DNA from: Chloroflexota bacterium
Lineage (GTDB): Bacteria > Chloroflexota > UBA11872 > VXOZ01
Assembly: GCA_963663275.1 (NCBI GenBank)
Contig: OY760183.1
Span: 1,728,001 to 1,792,000, forward strand
Direction of reading: 5' to 3'
DNA length: 64,000 nucleotides
Shown: in pieces, positions 1 to 8,760 of the stretch
Layout: every line of letters begins with the position of its first letter
Numbering within the stretch: the first letter of the stretch is position 1
Position numbers and translations under genes: made by a program
Notes under the pieces: model-generated
What the model saw: the letters and a program-made list of their open reading frames with translations, nothing else
Databases searched by the model: none
Told to the model about the DNA's origin: nothing

Positions 1-107
1 CAGTGGGGAAGGGGTTACACAAAGGTCTCCTGGGGGAGAGGGCCGGGGTGAGGGGCACGCGGTCCCAGCGTAGCGACCCGCTTCCGTATCTCCCGCGCGC
101 AACTGTG

Positions 108-113
108 TATAAT
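108..113 (+). promoter_or_regulatory. -10 element (TATAAT) for nagB
   Basis: Perfect TATAAT 25 nt upstream of the likely ATG; no convincing -35. Confidence 0.5.
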
Positions 114-137
114 AGGCGCGATATGAAAGGGGGGCGC

Positions 138-887
138 ATGGAAGTCGTCGTGGCGCCGTCGTACGAAGAGCTGAGTTCGCGGGCGGCGGAAATCGTCTGC
201 GCGGCCATCCGGACCGAACCGGGGCTGGCGTTGGGATTGCCCACCGGCGCGACGCCCGTGGGGATGTACCGGCGGCTGGTCGCGTCGTACGCGGCCGGGC
301 AGGTGGACTTCGGCCGGGTGCGCACGTTCAATCTGGACGAATACTGCGGCCTGCCTCCGGAGCATCCCGCAAGCTACCACACCTACATGCGGGAAAACCT
401 CTGCGCCCACGTCAATCTTGCGCCCCAGAACGCGCACATTCCGAACGGCGCCGCGCCGGACCTCGCGGCCGAGTGCCGCGCCTTTGCGGAAGCGATCGCG
501 GCGGCGGGCGACCTGGATCTGGCGGTGCTGGGCATCGGGCAGAACGGTCACGTGGGCTTCAACGAGCCGGGTTGCGCGTTGCGGACGGACGTGCACGTTG
601 CCAGTCTGAGCGCCGAAACCCGCCGCCTGGCGTACGAATTCTGGCAAGACACCGCGCGGAACCCGTTTTGCTCTCTCGACGACGTTCCCGACCGCGCCAT
701 TACGATGGGCATGGGGACGATTCTGAAGGCCAAGCGCATCCTGCTGCTGGCCAGCGGCGCGAGCAAAGCGCCGGCGGTGCGCGCGGCTACGAACGGCTCG
801 CTGACGCCGCGGACGCCGGCCTCTTTTCTGCAACTCCACCGTGACGTGACGCTGCTGGTGGACGGCGAGGCGGCGAGACTGCTCTAG
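138..887 (+). CDS. nagB: glucosamine-6-phosphate deaminase
   Basis: LGLPTGATP, FNLDEY, GIGQNGHVGFNEPG, ITMGMGTI and PASFLQLH motifs; ATG at 138 after a G-rich SD. Confidence 0.93.
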   Translation: MEVVVAPSYEELSSRAAEIVCAAIRTEPGLALGLPTGATPVGMYRRLVASYAAGQVDFGRVRTFNLDEYCGLPPEHPASYHTYMRENLCAHVNLAPQNAHIPNGAAPDLAAECRAFAEAIAAAGDLDLAVLGIGQNGHVGFNEPGCALRTDVHVASLSAETRRLAYEFWQDTARNPFCSLDDVPDRAITMGMGTILKAKRILLLASGASKAPAVRAATNGSLTPRTPASFLQLHRDVTLLVDGEAARLL

Positions 888-942
888 AACGAACCTATGG
901 TACGGCTCGACCCGCCATTGTGCGCTTCGACAGGCTCAGCGC

Positions 943-1126
943 GAACGGATTCCTCGCTCGGAGACGAACGGATTAGCCACTTTCAGGCGAACGAACTAGC
1001 CACTTTGAGGCGAACGAATTAGCCGCTTTGGGACAAACCAATTAGCCGCTTTGGGACAAACCAATTAGCCGCTTTGGGACAAACCAAACAGTCGCTTTGG
1101 GAGGAACGAATTAGCCGCTTTGAGAC
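943..1126. repeat. tandem array of 8 x 23 bp (consensus GAACGAATTAGCCGCTTTGGGAC)
   Basis: AGCC(A/G)CTTT-like core recurs at 975, 998, 1021, 1044, 1067, 1090 and 1113; array starts at the end of a CTTCGACAGGCTCAGCGCGAACGG element (925-948). Confidence 0.92.
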
Positions 1127-1169
1127 AAGCAGTTTTGCGCCTTCTGAGAAGCCGGTGTCCTTTAGCATG

Positions 1170-1975
1170 TCAGCCCGGTTGGGGTTGCCGGAGGGGGCGC
1201 TTGGCGGGCAGGCCGGCTCGGCGGGGATACTGCGGCGGCGTGCCGGCGGTCTTGCGTACCGTTACCAAGCAGTGCGTGCGCGAGGGATTTCGGGGAGATT
1301 GAAGGGCGTTACGCGCGCATCGCGCCCGCCGAGCGCGTGAAGCGCGTGCTCTGCTTCCCGCAGTTCCACGTCAAGCGGCGTGCTTGACGACGTCGCCAGG
1401 GACTTGTAGGCCGCCAGCAGACCCCCGCGTTTACAGAAGGGCAGCGCAAGTTCCGCAATCGTGGCGAGACTGCCCACGCCCCGCACCGTAACCAGATCGT
1501 ACTGCTCGCGGTGCTCCGCCGCGTGCGCCAGGTCTTCCGCGCGGCCCCACAGCGCTTCCACATTGTCCAGGGGCAGTGATTGGATAGCGAGGCATAAGAA
1601 ATCCACCTTCTTGCGCGTGGCGTCGAGCAGCATTACGGAGAGGCGCGGAAAGGCAATCGCCAGCGGTATGCCCGGGATGCCGCCGCCAGTGCCGATGTCC
1701 AGCAGCCGTGGGGCCGCCTTGCCGGCAGGGGCGGCCAGAGTTTCGGACAGCAGCGGAATCGCCGCTACGGCGGCAATCGATTCCAGCAGCAAGAGCCGCT
1801 CCGCCTGCGCGGGTTCGCGGATGCCGGTCAGGTTGACCCGACCGCGCCGCTCCAGGAGCAGTTCCAGGTAGCGGTGCAGCCGGCGGATTTGCTCGGGAGC
1901 GAGCGCGACTCCTAACTCAGCGCTGCGGGCGCGCAGGGTGGGCAAGAGGTGAGCGGCATCATCCGGCGGAGGCAT
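1170..1975 (-). pseudogene. rsmG: 16S rRNA m7G527 methyltransferase RsmG, frameshifted near 1275-1295 (or sequencing error)
   Basis: NLTGI, LLDIGTGGGIPGIPLAI, LLDATRKKVDFL and GRAED motifs; ORF stops at 1262 but the conserved tail HCLVTVRKTAGTPPQYPRRAGLPAKRPL continues in the -1 frame to TGA at 1170. Confidence 0.85.
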
Positions 1976-2002
1976 CGATGGCTGCACTGCCGTTCCAGGC
2001 GC

Positions 2003-3103
2003 TCAGCGTTTCTTGCGCCGCGCCGGACGCTTGCGCCGCGCTTTCGCGCTCTTCTTGCCCTTGGCGTCAACGGACTCCGTCAGCTTGCGGGGCAGCACCT
2101 TGAGGAGGTACCAGAACGTCCTCACCAGGATGTAGACCTGGATGACGACGATGAGCACGAGCACGAAACGGTAGGAGAGTATGCCCCATTGCGCCTGGCG
2201 CAGGAAGACGGCCAGCAAGCCGAGGGCGTTTACCACCATGCTCGTCAGCAGCACCACCCGCACCGCCAGGCGGCGCAGCGGGCTGCTGCCGAACATCCAG
2301 CCGCTGATGAAATAGTAGACCAGAGAGATGACGAGGCCGGAGCCGAAGCCGAGCGTCAGCAACGGCGCAAGCTGGCGATAGAGGGTCCCCGTCGGCCCGG
2401 GGGCCGCGAAGAGGTATTCGAAGAGATCGGGGGGCACTAGTTCTCGCACCTCGCCGCGGGCCGCGGCCGCGTTTTCGCCAGCGGTGCTATCGGTGACCGT
2501 GATCGTGCTGAAAACCGCCACCGCGCCGGCGCCGGCGGCCTCTTTGCGGCCGCCCGGCTCGGGCACGATGAGTTGGAAGTGCTCGATGACGCCAACGCTT
2601 TCTACCGGCCAGTAGGCCACCCAGACCTTGCCCACGATGAACTTGCGCGGCAGGAAGCCCCACTCGCGGGAATCCCGGCTGCCGCGCCGGTTGTCCCCCA
2701 TGACGAAGTAGGCGCCGTCGGGCACGACTCGATCGGAAAGCTCGTCACGGACCGTCAGCCCGGCGATCTGGGCGCCGCTGGTGACGTAGGGCTCGACGAT
2801 CTTCTCGCCGTTGACGTAGACGACGCCTTGCTGGATTTCGATCACGTCGCCCGGTACGGCAATGACGCGCTTGACGAACTGCTCCGACGGGTCTTCAGGA
2901 TAGTTGAAGACGATGATGTCGCCGTGGCGCGGCTCCGAGCGGACGTAGGCCAGCTTGTTGACCAGCACGAATTCGCTGTGGTGCAAGGTGGCGTACATGC
3001 TGCTGCCCTCCACGCGGTAGTTCTGCACCGCCAGGCGCGTGCCAAAGAAGATGACGGCGGTGAGGAGAAGGGTTTGCAGGACTTCCTTCGCAAACGCTTT
3101 CGT
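2003..3103 (-). CDS. lepB: signal peptidase I with fused C-terminal multi-TM domain; probable ACG start
   Basis: VEGSSM (Ser), FVKRVIA (Lys) and GDNRRGSRDSR boxes; in-frame N-terminal TM segment begins at ACG 3103 after GGAGGAGG. Confidence 0.88.
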   Translation of the reverse strand, partial: TKAFAKEVLQTLLLTAVIFFGTRLAVQNYRVEGSSMYATLHHSEFVLVNKLAYVRSEPRHGDIIVFNYPEDPSEQFVKRVIAVPGDVIEIQQGVVYVNGEKIVEPYVTSGAQIAGLTVRDELSDRVVPDGAYFVMGDNRRGSRDSREWGFLPRKFIVGKVWVAYWPVESVGVIEHFQLIVPEPGGRKEAAGAGAVAVFSTITVTDSTAGENAAAARGEVRELVPPDLFEYLFAAPGPTGTLYRQLAPLLTLGFGSGLVISLVYYFISGWMFGSSPLRRLAVRVVLLTSMVVNALGLLAVFLRQAQWGILSYRFVLVLIVVIQVYILVRTFWYLLKVLPRKLTESVDAKGKKSAKARRKRPARRKKR

Positions 3104-3203
3104 GGCGGTCCTCCTCCGATAGGGTAGGTCGCATTCACGCTGTGAGACTTTTGCGCGAGTCTGCCGAGCAACGAAGAGCAGGCGGCGTCCAGGGAGATGT
3201 CCC

Positions 3204-3236
3204 CCCTCACCCCGGCCCTCTCCCCAGGGAGAGGGA
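3204..3236. repeat. CCCTCACCCCGGCCCTCTCCC..GGGAGAGGG palindrome family (also about 8766, 8878, 14456, 22768, 32608)
   Basis: Near-identical copies in several intergenic regions. Confidence 0.85.
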
Positions 3237-3360
3237 GTTTAGCCAGCTTGGTTTCGATTGGGTTTGGCAGAACTCTTCTCTATAGCATAGCACTATGCGC
3301 GGGGCGTTACGCCTGGCCGGGCGCGGCTGCGCGCTGTTGCGCCGGTGGGATGCGGAGCGT

Positions 3361-4104
3361 CTAGCGTTTTGGGGAGAAACCAAGCCCCCGTTCGCGCAGT
3401 GAGAGGGCGCTGTGGCGCGTCATGATGATGTGGTCCACGAGTTCGATGTTCAGGAGTTTGCCGCTCTGCGCCAGTTGGGAGGTCATGGCCACGTCGTCGG
3501 CGGAAGGGGTGGGATCGCCGCTGGGGTGGTTGTGGGCTACCAGCACGGAGGCGCAATTGGCGCGCACGGCTTCGCGGAAAACCTCGGCGGGGCGCACGGC
3601 GGTCTGGTTGAGCGTGCCCCGATACAGCGTGTCTTTGCCCACCACGTGATGCTTGGTGTCCAGCAGCACCACCATGAACTTCTCCTGCTCTTCGTCCACG
3701 AAATCGGGGAGCAGGTAACTCTGGGCGTCAGCGACCGAGCGGATTGTGGGCCGGTCGGGCGGCGCGGCGGCGGCGGCGCGGCGGCCAAGCTCCAGCGCCG
3801 CCTTGAGTTGGGCGACCTTGGCCTCGCCCAGGCCGGGAAACTGCGTCAATTGACGAAAGCTAACCGCCGCCAGGCCGCCGGCGCCGCCGTGCGTCTCCAG
3901 CAGGCGCTGGGCCAGCGCCACCACCGAGTGTTCGCGGGTGCCGGTGCGCAAGATGATGGCGAGCAGTTCGGCGCTGGAAAGGTGCGCCGGCCCCAGGTCG
4001 CGCAGGCGCTCGCGGGGGCGTTCCGCCGCCGGCCACTCGCGGACGGAGAGCCGGTAGGCGTCTTGGGCCTGGGGTTCGGGATCTGGGCCGCGGTTTGACG
4101 ACAC
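3361..4104 (-). CDS. radC: RadC / UPF0758 JAB-domain protein
   Basis: ERPRERL, ELLAIILRTG, HhH GLGEAK, AHNHPSGDPTPSADD and LVDHII motifs. Confidence 0.95.
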   Translation of the reverse strand: MSSNRGPDPEPQAQDAYRLSVREWPAAERPRERLRDLGPAHLSSAELLAIILRTGTREHSVVALAQRLLETHGGAGGLAAVSFRQLTQFPGLGEAKVAQLKAALELGRRAAAAAPPDRPTIRSVADAQSYLLPDFVDEEQEKFMVVLLDTKHHVVGKDTLYRGTLNQTAVRPAEVFREAVRANCASVLVAHNHPSGDPTPSADDVAMTSQLAQSGKLLNIELVDHIIMTRHSALSLRERGLGFSPKR

Positions 4105-4186
4105 GTTAAGCCTCGGGTTCCAGCGGCGCTTGGCCGGGGCGCGCGGCGGTGGGGCGAGCGGTCCGCAAGTCCATGGGAAGGGGCCG

Positions 4187-4612
4187 CTAGCGCAGCATCG
4201 TGCCGCAGTAGGCGCAGGAGTCCCACTCCACGCGCACGTGATTGGCGCAACTCCCGCACCGCTTCTTCAATTGCGTTTGGCACGCGGGACAGTATTGATA
4301 GTCGTCCTGAGCGCGGCGATTGCAGTTGGGACAGCGCGGGGCGCCCTCGATCTCGGCCAGATAGGCCTCTTCTTCCAGCGCCAGCGCGTATGAATCCACC
4401 AGCGTCTCTTTTGGACGGAGGAAGAGATAGAGTATCAGGCCGAAGACGTTGAACGCCAGCACGAGGAGCACGGAAAAGATCTGCACCAGGATGTCGCCGG
4501 TGCGTGAACGGATGTCGAAGTACGCCCAGATGGCAAGGGCAACCCAGAGCGAAAGTGTGTAGGCGATGAGAAAGGCGATGACATAGCGCAGGAGGGTGAC
4601 GAGGGTCTCCAT
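4187..4612 (-). CDS. membrane protein with double zinc ribbon
   Basis: Two TM helices ending YLFLRP, then four CxxC pairs. Confidence 0.8.
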   Translation of the reverse strand: METLVTLLRYVIAFLIAYTLSLWVALAIWAYFDIRSRTGDILVQIFSVLLVLAFNVFGLILYLFLRPKETLVDSYALALEEEAYLAEIEGAPRCPNCNRRAQDDYQYCPACQTQLKKRCGSCANHVRVEWDSCAYCGTMLR

Positions 4613-4772
4613 GGATGCTCCCTAAGCTGGTGCACGAACAGGCGCGGCTACCTCGCTATTGTACCAGTCCCCCGCCGGGAGACACTAGCGCGGGGGCTCC
4701 TCCTCATTGCTGCTGCATTGACTCTTGACTTAGGCGACCACAGCGAGTCCGCGCTGTTAATGTGCTTGACCT

Positions 4773-4828
4773 CTCGTCAACAAGGTGTAGGGGCACGACA
4801 TGTCGTGCCCCTACACCTTGTTGACGAG
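4773..4828. repeat. GTAG-type REP palindrome GTAGGGGCACGACATGTCGTGCCCCTAC with extended arms (also 27161-27202, 47328-47357, 61929-61972)
   Basis: Same 28-bp core at four loci (one central mismatch in the last). Confidence 0.92.
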
Positions 4829-4943
4829 CCATTAGAGGCTCATACTCGTGGCTGCCCACTTTATTGCGACAGAATTGGAGCTTGACCCCCATCGGAAACG
4901 AGACAAGCATAGACGTAGCACGGGGGCTTGTCCCCCGCCGGAA

Positions 4944-5091
4944 GATGACAGGGGTAGGCACGTGTCATTCCGAGCGGAGCGCAGCGGAGTGAGGAATCTA
5001 AGGCTTTCGCTGCAAGAACGTCGGTTCTAGATTCCTCGCTCCGCTCGGAATGACACGTGAAGTCGGATGTAGAATGCCTACCCCTTTCAGC
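4944..5091. mobile_element. 148-bp MITE-like element, copy 1
   Basis: Ends GATGACAGGGGTAGGCA / TGCCTACCCCTTTCAGC; flanks CCGCCGGAA / CCGCTGGAA; an uninterrupted copy of the target lies at 5248-5290. Confidence 0.8.
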
Positions 5092-5142
5092 CCGCTGGAA
5101 GCGGGAGAAAAGGCTTCGCGCGAGGACCGACGAAAGAGAAGA

Positions 5143-5170
5143 CGCAGGTTCCAAACCTGCGCTACCGGAG
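5143..5170. repeat. REP CGCAGGTTNCAAACCTGCGCTACCGGAG (also 8822, 8933 and in rpoC at 41115)
   Basis: 28-mer hairpin ending CTAC (GTAG on the other strand), four copies. Confidence 0.85.
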
Positions 5171-5402
5171 GAGCGGGGCGCGGTGTTCAGCGCCATTGAG
5201 ATAGGTGAGATAGCACCGGTAGTGGCAGCCAAGCTTGTCATGTAGACGTAGCGCGGGGGCTTGTCCCCCGCCGGAAGCGGGAGAAGAGGTTTCGCGACGG
5301 ACTGAGCGAGGAAAAGAGGCAGGCTACGCGCACGACCCGCGCGAACACGCGCGAACCGGCGCTACCAGCGCTCCCACCCAGCGATGCGACGTGGGTGAAG
5401 CG

Positions 5403-6236
5403 CTAGAACGAGTAGCTGAGGATGCGGTACGTTTCGCTGCCGGCCGGTGTTTCCACCGCCACGGTATCGCCGGCGCGCTTGGCCAGGAGGCTGGCGCCAA
5501 CGGGAGAGAGGTAGGAGATGCGGCCTTCGAGGGGATCGACTTCCGAGGGGCCGACCAGTTGGTAGGCAATTTGCTCACTGCCGTCGGTGAGTTCCAGTTC
5601 CACCTTCATGCCGATCTTTATGCCCTCATCGATGGCGGCGGCGCCAGCGGCGTCCGCTTGCGCTTCATCCTCGGCTATTGTACTGGTGCGGAGGGTCTGT
5701 TCCAATTCGCGGATGCGGGCTTCCAACATGCCTTGCTGGTACTTGGCCTCGTCGTAGGCGGCGTTCTCGCGCAGGTCGCCGTCCTTGATGGCCGCGTGCA
5801 GCATCTTGCTGATGCGTTCGCGTCCCTCGCCGCGCAGTTCCTCCAGTTCGGCGGTCAACTCCTCGTGCCGCCCGCGGCTGATGAAGGTGGGCCCGGCCTG
5901 GGGAGCGGCGACTCTGCCGACGCTCTTGGCGCCGCGCTTGGAGATGCGCAGTCCGGTGGAGGGATTGGATTCGAGCCAGCCGGCCTTCAGCGCATGGGCG
6001 AAGAACGTGCGCAGGGCGGCGGCGCAGGGCTTGGGGTCGGCGGCGGTGGACGCCACGTGGTCGAGGTACGTCTGCAACTGATGGAGATGGATGGCCGCGA
6101 TGCGCGTTTCGGGTCCGCACCAACTGACAAACCGGCGGAGATGCTGCGCTTCCTCGCCTTTGAGTTTTGCCACGCCCACTGCTTGCACGTACCGGGTGAA
6201 GAGTGGGCCTAATTGGTTCGGATCCTGTGCGCTCAT
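5403..6236 (-). CDS. greA: transcription elongation factor GreA with N-terminal integrase SAM-like domain
   Basis: GDLRENAAYDEAK and RISYLSPVGASLL motifs; about 115 extra N-terminal residues ending AALRTFFAHALKAGWLESNP. Confidence 0.9.
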   Translation of the reverse strand: MSAQDPNQLGPLFTRYVQAVGVAKLKGEEAQHLRRFVSWCGPETRIAAIHLHQLQTYLDHVASTAADPKPCAAALRTFFAHALKAGWLESNPSTGLRISKRGAKSVGRVAAPQAGPTFISRGRHEELTAELEELRGEGRERISKMLHAAIKDGDLRENAAYDEAKYQQGMLEARIRELEQTLRTSTIAEDEAQADAAGAAAIDEGIKIGMKVELELTDGSEQIAYQLVGPSEVDPLEGRISYLSPVGASLLAKRAGDTVAVETPAGSETYRILSYSF

Positions 6237-6311
6237 GGCTCCTCCTTAAGAGGCGACGATGCGTCTGTCTCCCTGCCGGTGGTACACTCCCGCCGTACGA
6301 TTTTCTGAGGG

Positions 6312-6396
6312 TGCCGAAGGAGGGATTCGAACCCTCACGAGCGCAAGGCCCACTACGCCCTGAACGTAGCGCGTCTTCCAATTCCGCCACTTCGGC
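6312..6396 (-). tRNA. tRNA-Leu (CAG)
   Basis: GCCGAAG acceptor stem, CTACG-TTCAGGG-CGTAG anticodon arm, long variable arm, GGTTCGAATCC T-loop; CCA not fully encoded. Confidence 0.97.
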
Positions 6397-6441
6397 CGCG
6401 TGCCGTAGCCGGCACCAGTCATGATGTGCGTTACTTGGCTG

Positions 6442-6470
6442 ATTCTATCACGGGGTCTGCCAGCGGGCAA
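6442..6470 (-). promoter_or_regulatory. sigma70-type promoter for tRNA-Leu/greA
   Basis: TTGCCC-17 bp-TAGAAT with TGn extension. Confidence 0.6.
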
Positions 6471-6490
6471 GCAGCCGGCGGGCAGGTAGG

Positions 6491-7450
6491 CTAGCGTGCG
6501 GCTTCCGGCGCGCGTGCCGTATAGTGGCTGTAGAGGGTCGCCGGCAGGCCGGTGGGCAGACCCGTGCCGGGCTCGACGCTGAAGGGCATTGCTTTGGCCA
6601 GCGTCCGCGTCGCCGCCTGCGCAATCGCGTGAAAGCCTCCGCCGGCGTGCGCCGCGAGCGCCTCCTGGACGGCTTGGTCGATCATACTGACGACGTGGAT
6701 GCTGTCCTGCACGGTCTGTTCCGCCGCCTCGCCCGTGCGCAGGGCGTCGCGGGACTCGTGAGACCAGAGGTAGCGGTGGGCCATGGCCAGGGTTTCGATC
6801 CGGAGAGACGCCAAGCGCCGCATGGATTGCTCGTAGCGGCGCGCCGTGTAGTAGAGGGGAAACGTGCCCGGTTTGCTGCCATATCCCTGCACGGCGTCGC
6901 CAACGAAAGCGATCTTCTTCTCTTCCCAGTGGTAGCCGATGCTGCCGGGCGAGTGGCCGGGCAGGTGTACGACGCGCAGTTGAATGTCGTCGCCCAGGTC
7001 TACGATCTCGTTGTCTTCCAGTTTTCGGTGCACGGCTGAGGGCCCGGTGACCGTGCGCCGGAATTGCCCGCGCCGCGCGGTGAGGTTTAGACCGAGTTCG
7101 TGCTCGTCCGCGTGCCAGATGTACGCCATGTGCGCTTCCAGATCTTCCACGAGGAACGCGTCCTCGCGGTGCATGAAGGCTTGTGCGTCCGTTTGGGAGA
7201 GCATCGCGTGGTTGCCGCCCATGTGGTCTTGGTGCCCGTGGGTGTTGAGGATAACGTCGACGTCGGTGAGTTCCAGGCCGAGTTCGCGGAGGGCCGGTTC
7301 GACGTACGCGCGGGGCGTGTCGGACGCGCCGGTGTCGATCAGCGCCCGCGTTGGGCCGTCGATGAAGTAGAGCTCGACGATGCTGTCCCAGTTCCAGATG
7401 GCCGTGATGCGATAGAGACGTGAATCGTGAGCCAACGGGATGAGCGCCAT
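6491..7450 (-). CDS. MBL-fold metallo-hydrolase
   Basis: LIDTG, THGHQDH, PGHSPGS and FVGDA motifs. Confidence 0.88.
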   Translation of the reverse strand: MALIPLAHDSRLYRITAIWNWDSIVELYFIDGPTRALIDTGASDTPRAYVEPALRELGLELTDVDVILNTHGHQDHMGGNHAMLSQTDAQAFMHREDAFLVEDLEAHMAYIWHADEHELGLNLTARRGQFRRTVTGPSAVHRKLEDNEIVDLGDDIQLRVVHLPGHSPGSIGYHWEEKKIAFVGDAVQGYGSKPGTFPLYYTARRYEQSMRRLASLRIETLAMAHRYLWSHESRDALRTGEAAEQTVQDSIHVVSMIDQAVQEALAAHAGGGFHAIAQAATRTLAKAMPFSVEPGTGLPTGLPATLYSHYTARAPEAAR

Positions 7451-7569
7451 GGTCTTCTTCCTTACCTTGGGACTTTGTGAAATGTATGGAGATTCTAGCA
7501 CAGTGTTGGCGGCGCATAGGCGAACAAGTACAATTGAGTGAATCATAGTATCGAAGGAGGAATGAAGAG

Positions 7570-8760
7570 ATGGCCGTGCCGAACATTGCCGCGCGTACCG
7601 AGTTGCTCAGAGGCGAGTCGGCATTTGCCGTGCTGGCGCGCGCCCGCCAACTGGAAAGCGCCGGCAAAGATGTCATTCACCTGGAAATCGGTGAACCGGA
7701 CTTTCCCACGCCGGAGAATATCGTGGACGCCGGCGCGCGGGCGTTGCGGGACGGCCACACCCACTACGGCCCCACGCCGGGCCTGATGCCGTTCCGCGAG
7801 GCGATCGCCCGGTACGTGGAGCAGGGCTGGGGCGTTGCGACCGCGCCGGAGAACGTGGTGGTGACGCCGGGGGCGAAACCGATCGTCTTCGCCGGTATCC
7901 TGGCGACGGTCAATCCGGGCGACGAGGCGATCTACCCGGATCCCGGGTTTCCCACCTACGACTCGATGCTGCGCTTTGCCGGGGCGAAGCGGGTGCCGCT
8001 GACCCTCTACGAGGAGCGCCGGTTCCGCTGGGACCTGGATGAATTGCGCGACAGCATTACCGACAAGACGCGGCTCATCATCCTGAACGCGCCGCACAAT
8101 CCGACCGGCGGCGTTTTTACGGCGGAGGAACTGGGCGCGATTGCCGACATGGTGCGGGGCAAGCCGATCTGGGTGCTGAGCGACGAAATCTACAGCCGCA
8201 TCATCTACGAGGGCAGCCACGCTTCGATCCTGGCGCATCCCGGCATGGCAGAGCAGACTATCCTGCTGGACGGCCATTCCAAGACCTATGCCATGACCGG
8301 CTGGCGCTTGGGCTACGGCGTGATGCCGGAACCGCTGGCGGAGAAAATCGGGTTGATCCTGAACAACGCCACGTCGTGCACGGCGAGCTTTACGCAGATG
8401 GCGGGCATCGAGGCGCTGACCGGCCCGCAGGAATCGGTGGACGCGATGGTGGCGGAGTTTCGCCGCCGCCGCGACGCCTTCATTGGCGCGCTGAACGCGA
8501 TCGACGGCCTCTCCTGCCTGGTGCCCCAGGGCGCGTTCTATGCCTTCTGCAACGTGAAGGAACTCGGCGTGAGCGCCGCGCGGCTGGAACGATACTGGCT
8601 GGAGGAAGCCGGGGTGGCCGCGCTGGCCGGCACCGGCTTTGGCGCGGGCGGCGAGGGCTACGTGCGGTTCTCGTTCGCCAATTCGCTGGAGAATCTCATG
8701 GGGGCGGCGGAACGCATCGAGGCGGCGATGCCCGGCGCACGGGCGCTGGCCGGGGAGTGA
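7570..8760 (+). CDS. PLP-dependent class I aminotransferase (aspartate aminotransferase family)
   Basis: IGEPDF, NAPHNPTG, SDEIY and SKTYAMTGWRLGY motifs. Confidence 0.93.
   Translation: MAVPNIAARTELLRGESAFAVLARARQLESAGKDVIHLEIGEPDFPTPENIVDAGARALRDGHTHYGPTPGLMPFREAIARYVEQGWGVATAPENVVVTPGAKPIVFAGILATVNPGDEAIYPDPGFPTYDSMLRFAGAKRVPLTLYEERRFRWDLDELRDSITDKTRLIILNAPHNPTGGVFTAEELGAIADMVRGKPIWVLSDEIYSRIIYEGSHASILAHPGMAEQTILLDGHSKTYAMTGWRLGYGVMPEPLAEKIGLILNNATSCTASFTQMAGIEALTGPQESVDAMVAEFRRRRDAFIGALNAIDGLSCLVPQGAFYAFCNVKELGVSAARLERYWLEEAGVAALAGTGFGAGGEGYVRFSFANSLENLMGAAERIEAAMPGARALAGE

Noticed and set aside
943-1126. CRISPR array
   Set aside because: Units are contiguous with no unique spacers, and no cas genes are in the window.
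1711-1737. Palindrome in a short rsmG insert as a third in-frame REP
   Set aside because: GC-rich, imperfect, and no matching intergenic copy in the window.
6237-6396. tRNA-Leu as integration site of an island
   Set aside because: No duplicated tRNA 3' end seen and no catalytic integrase domain; the adjacent gene is greA.
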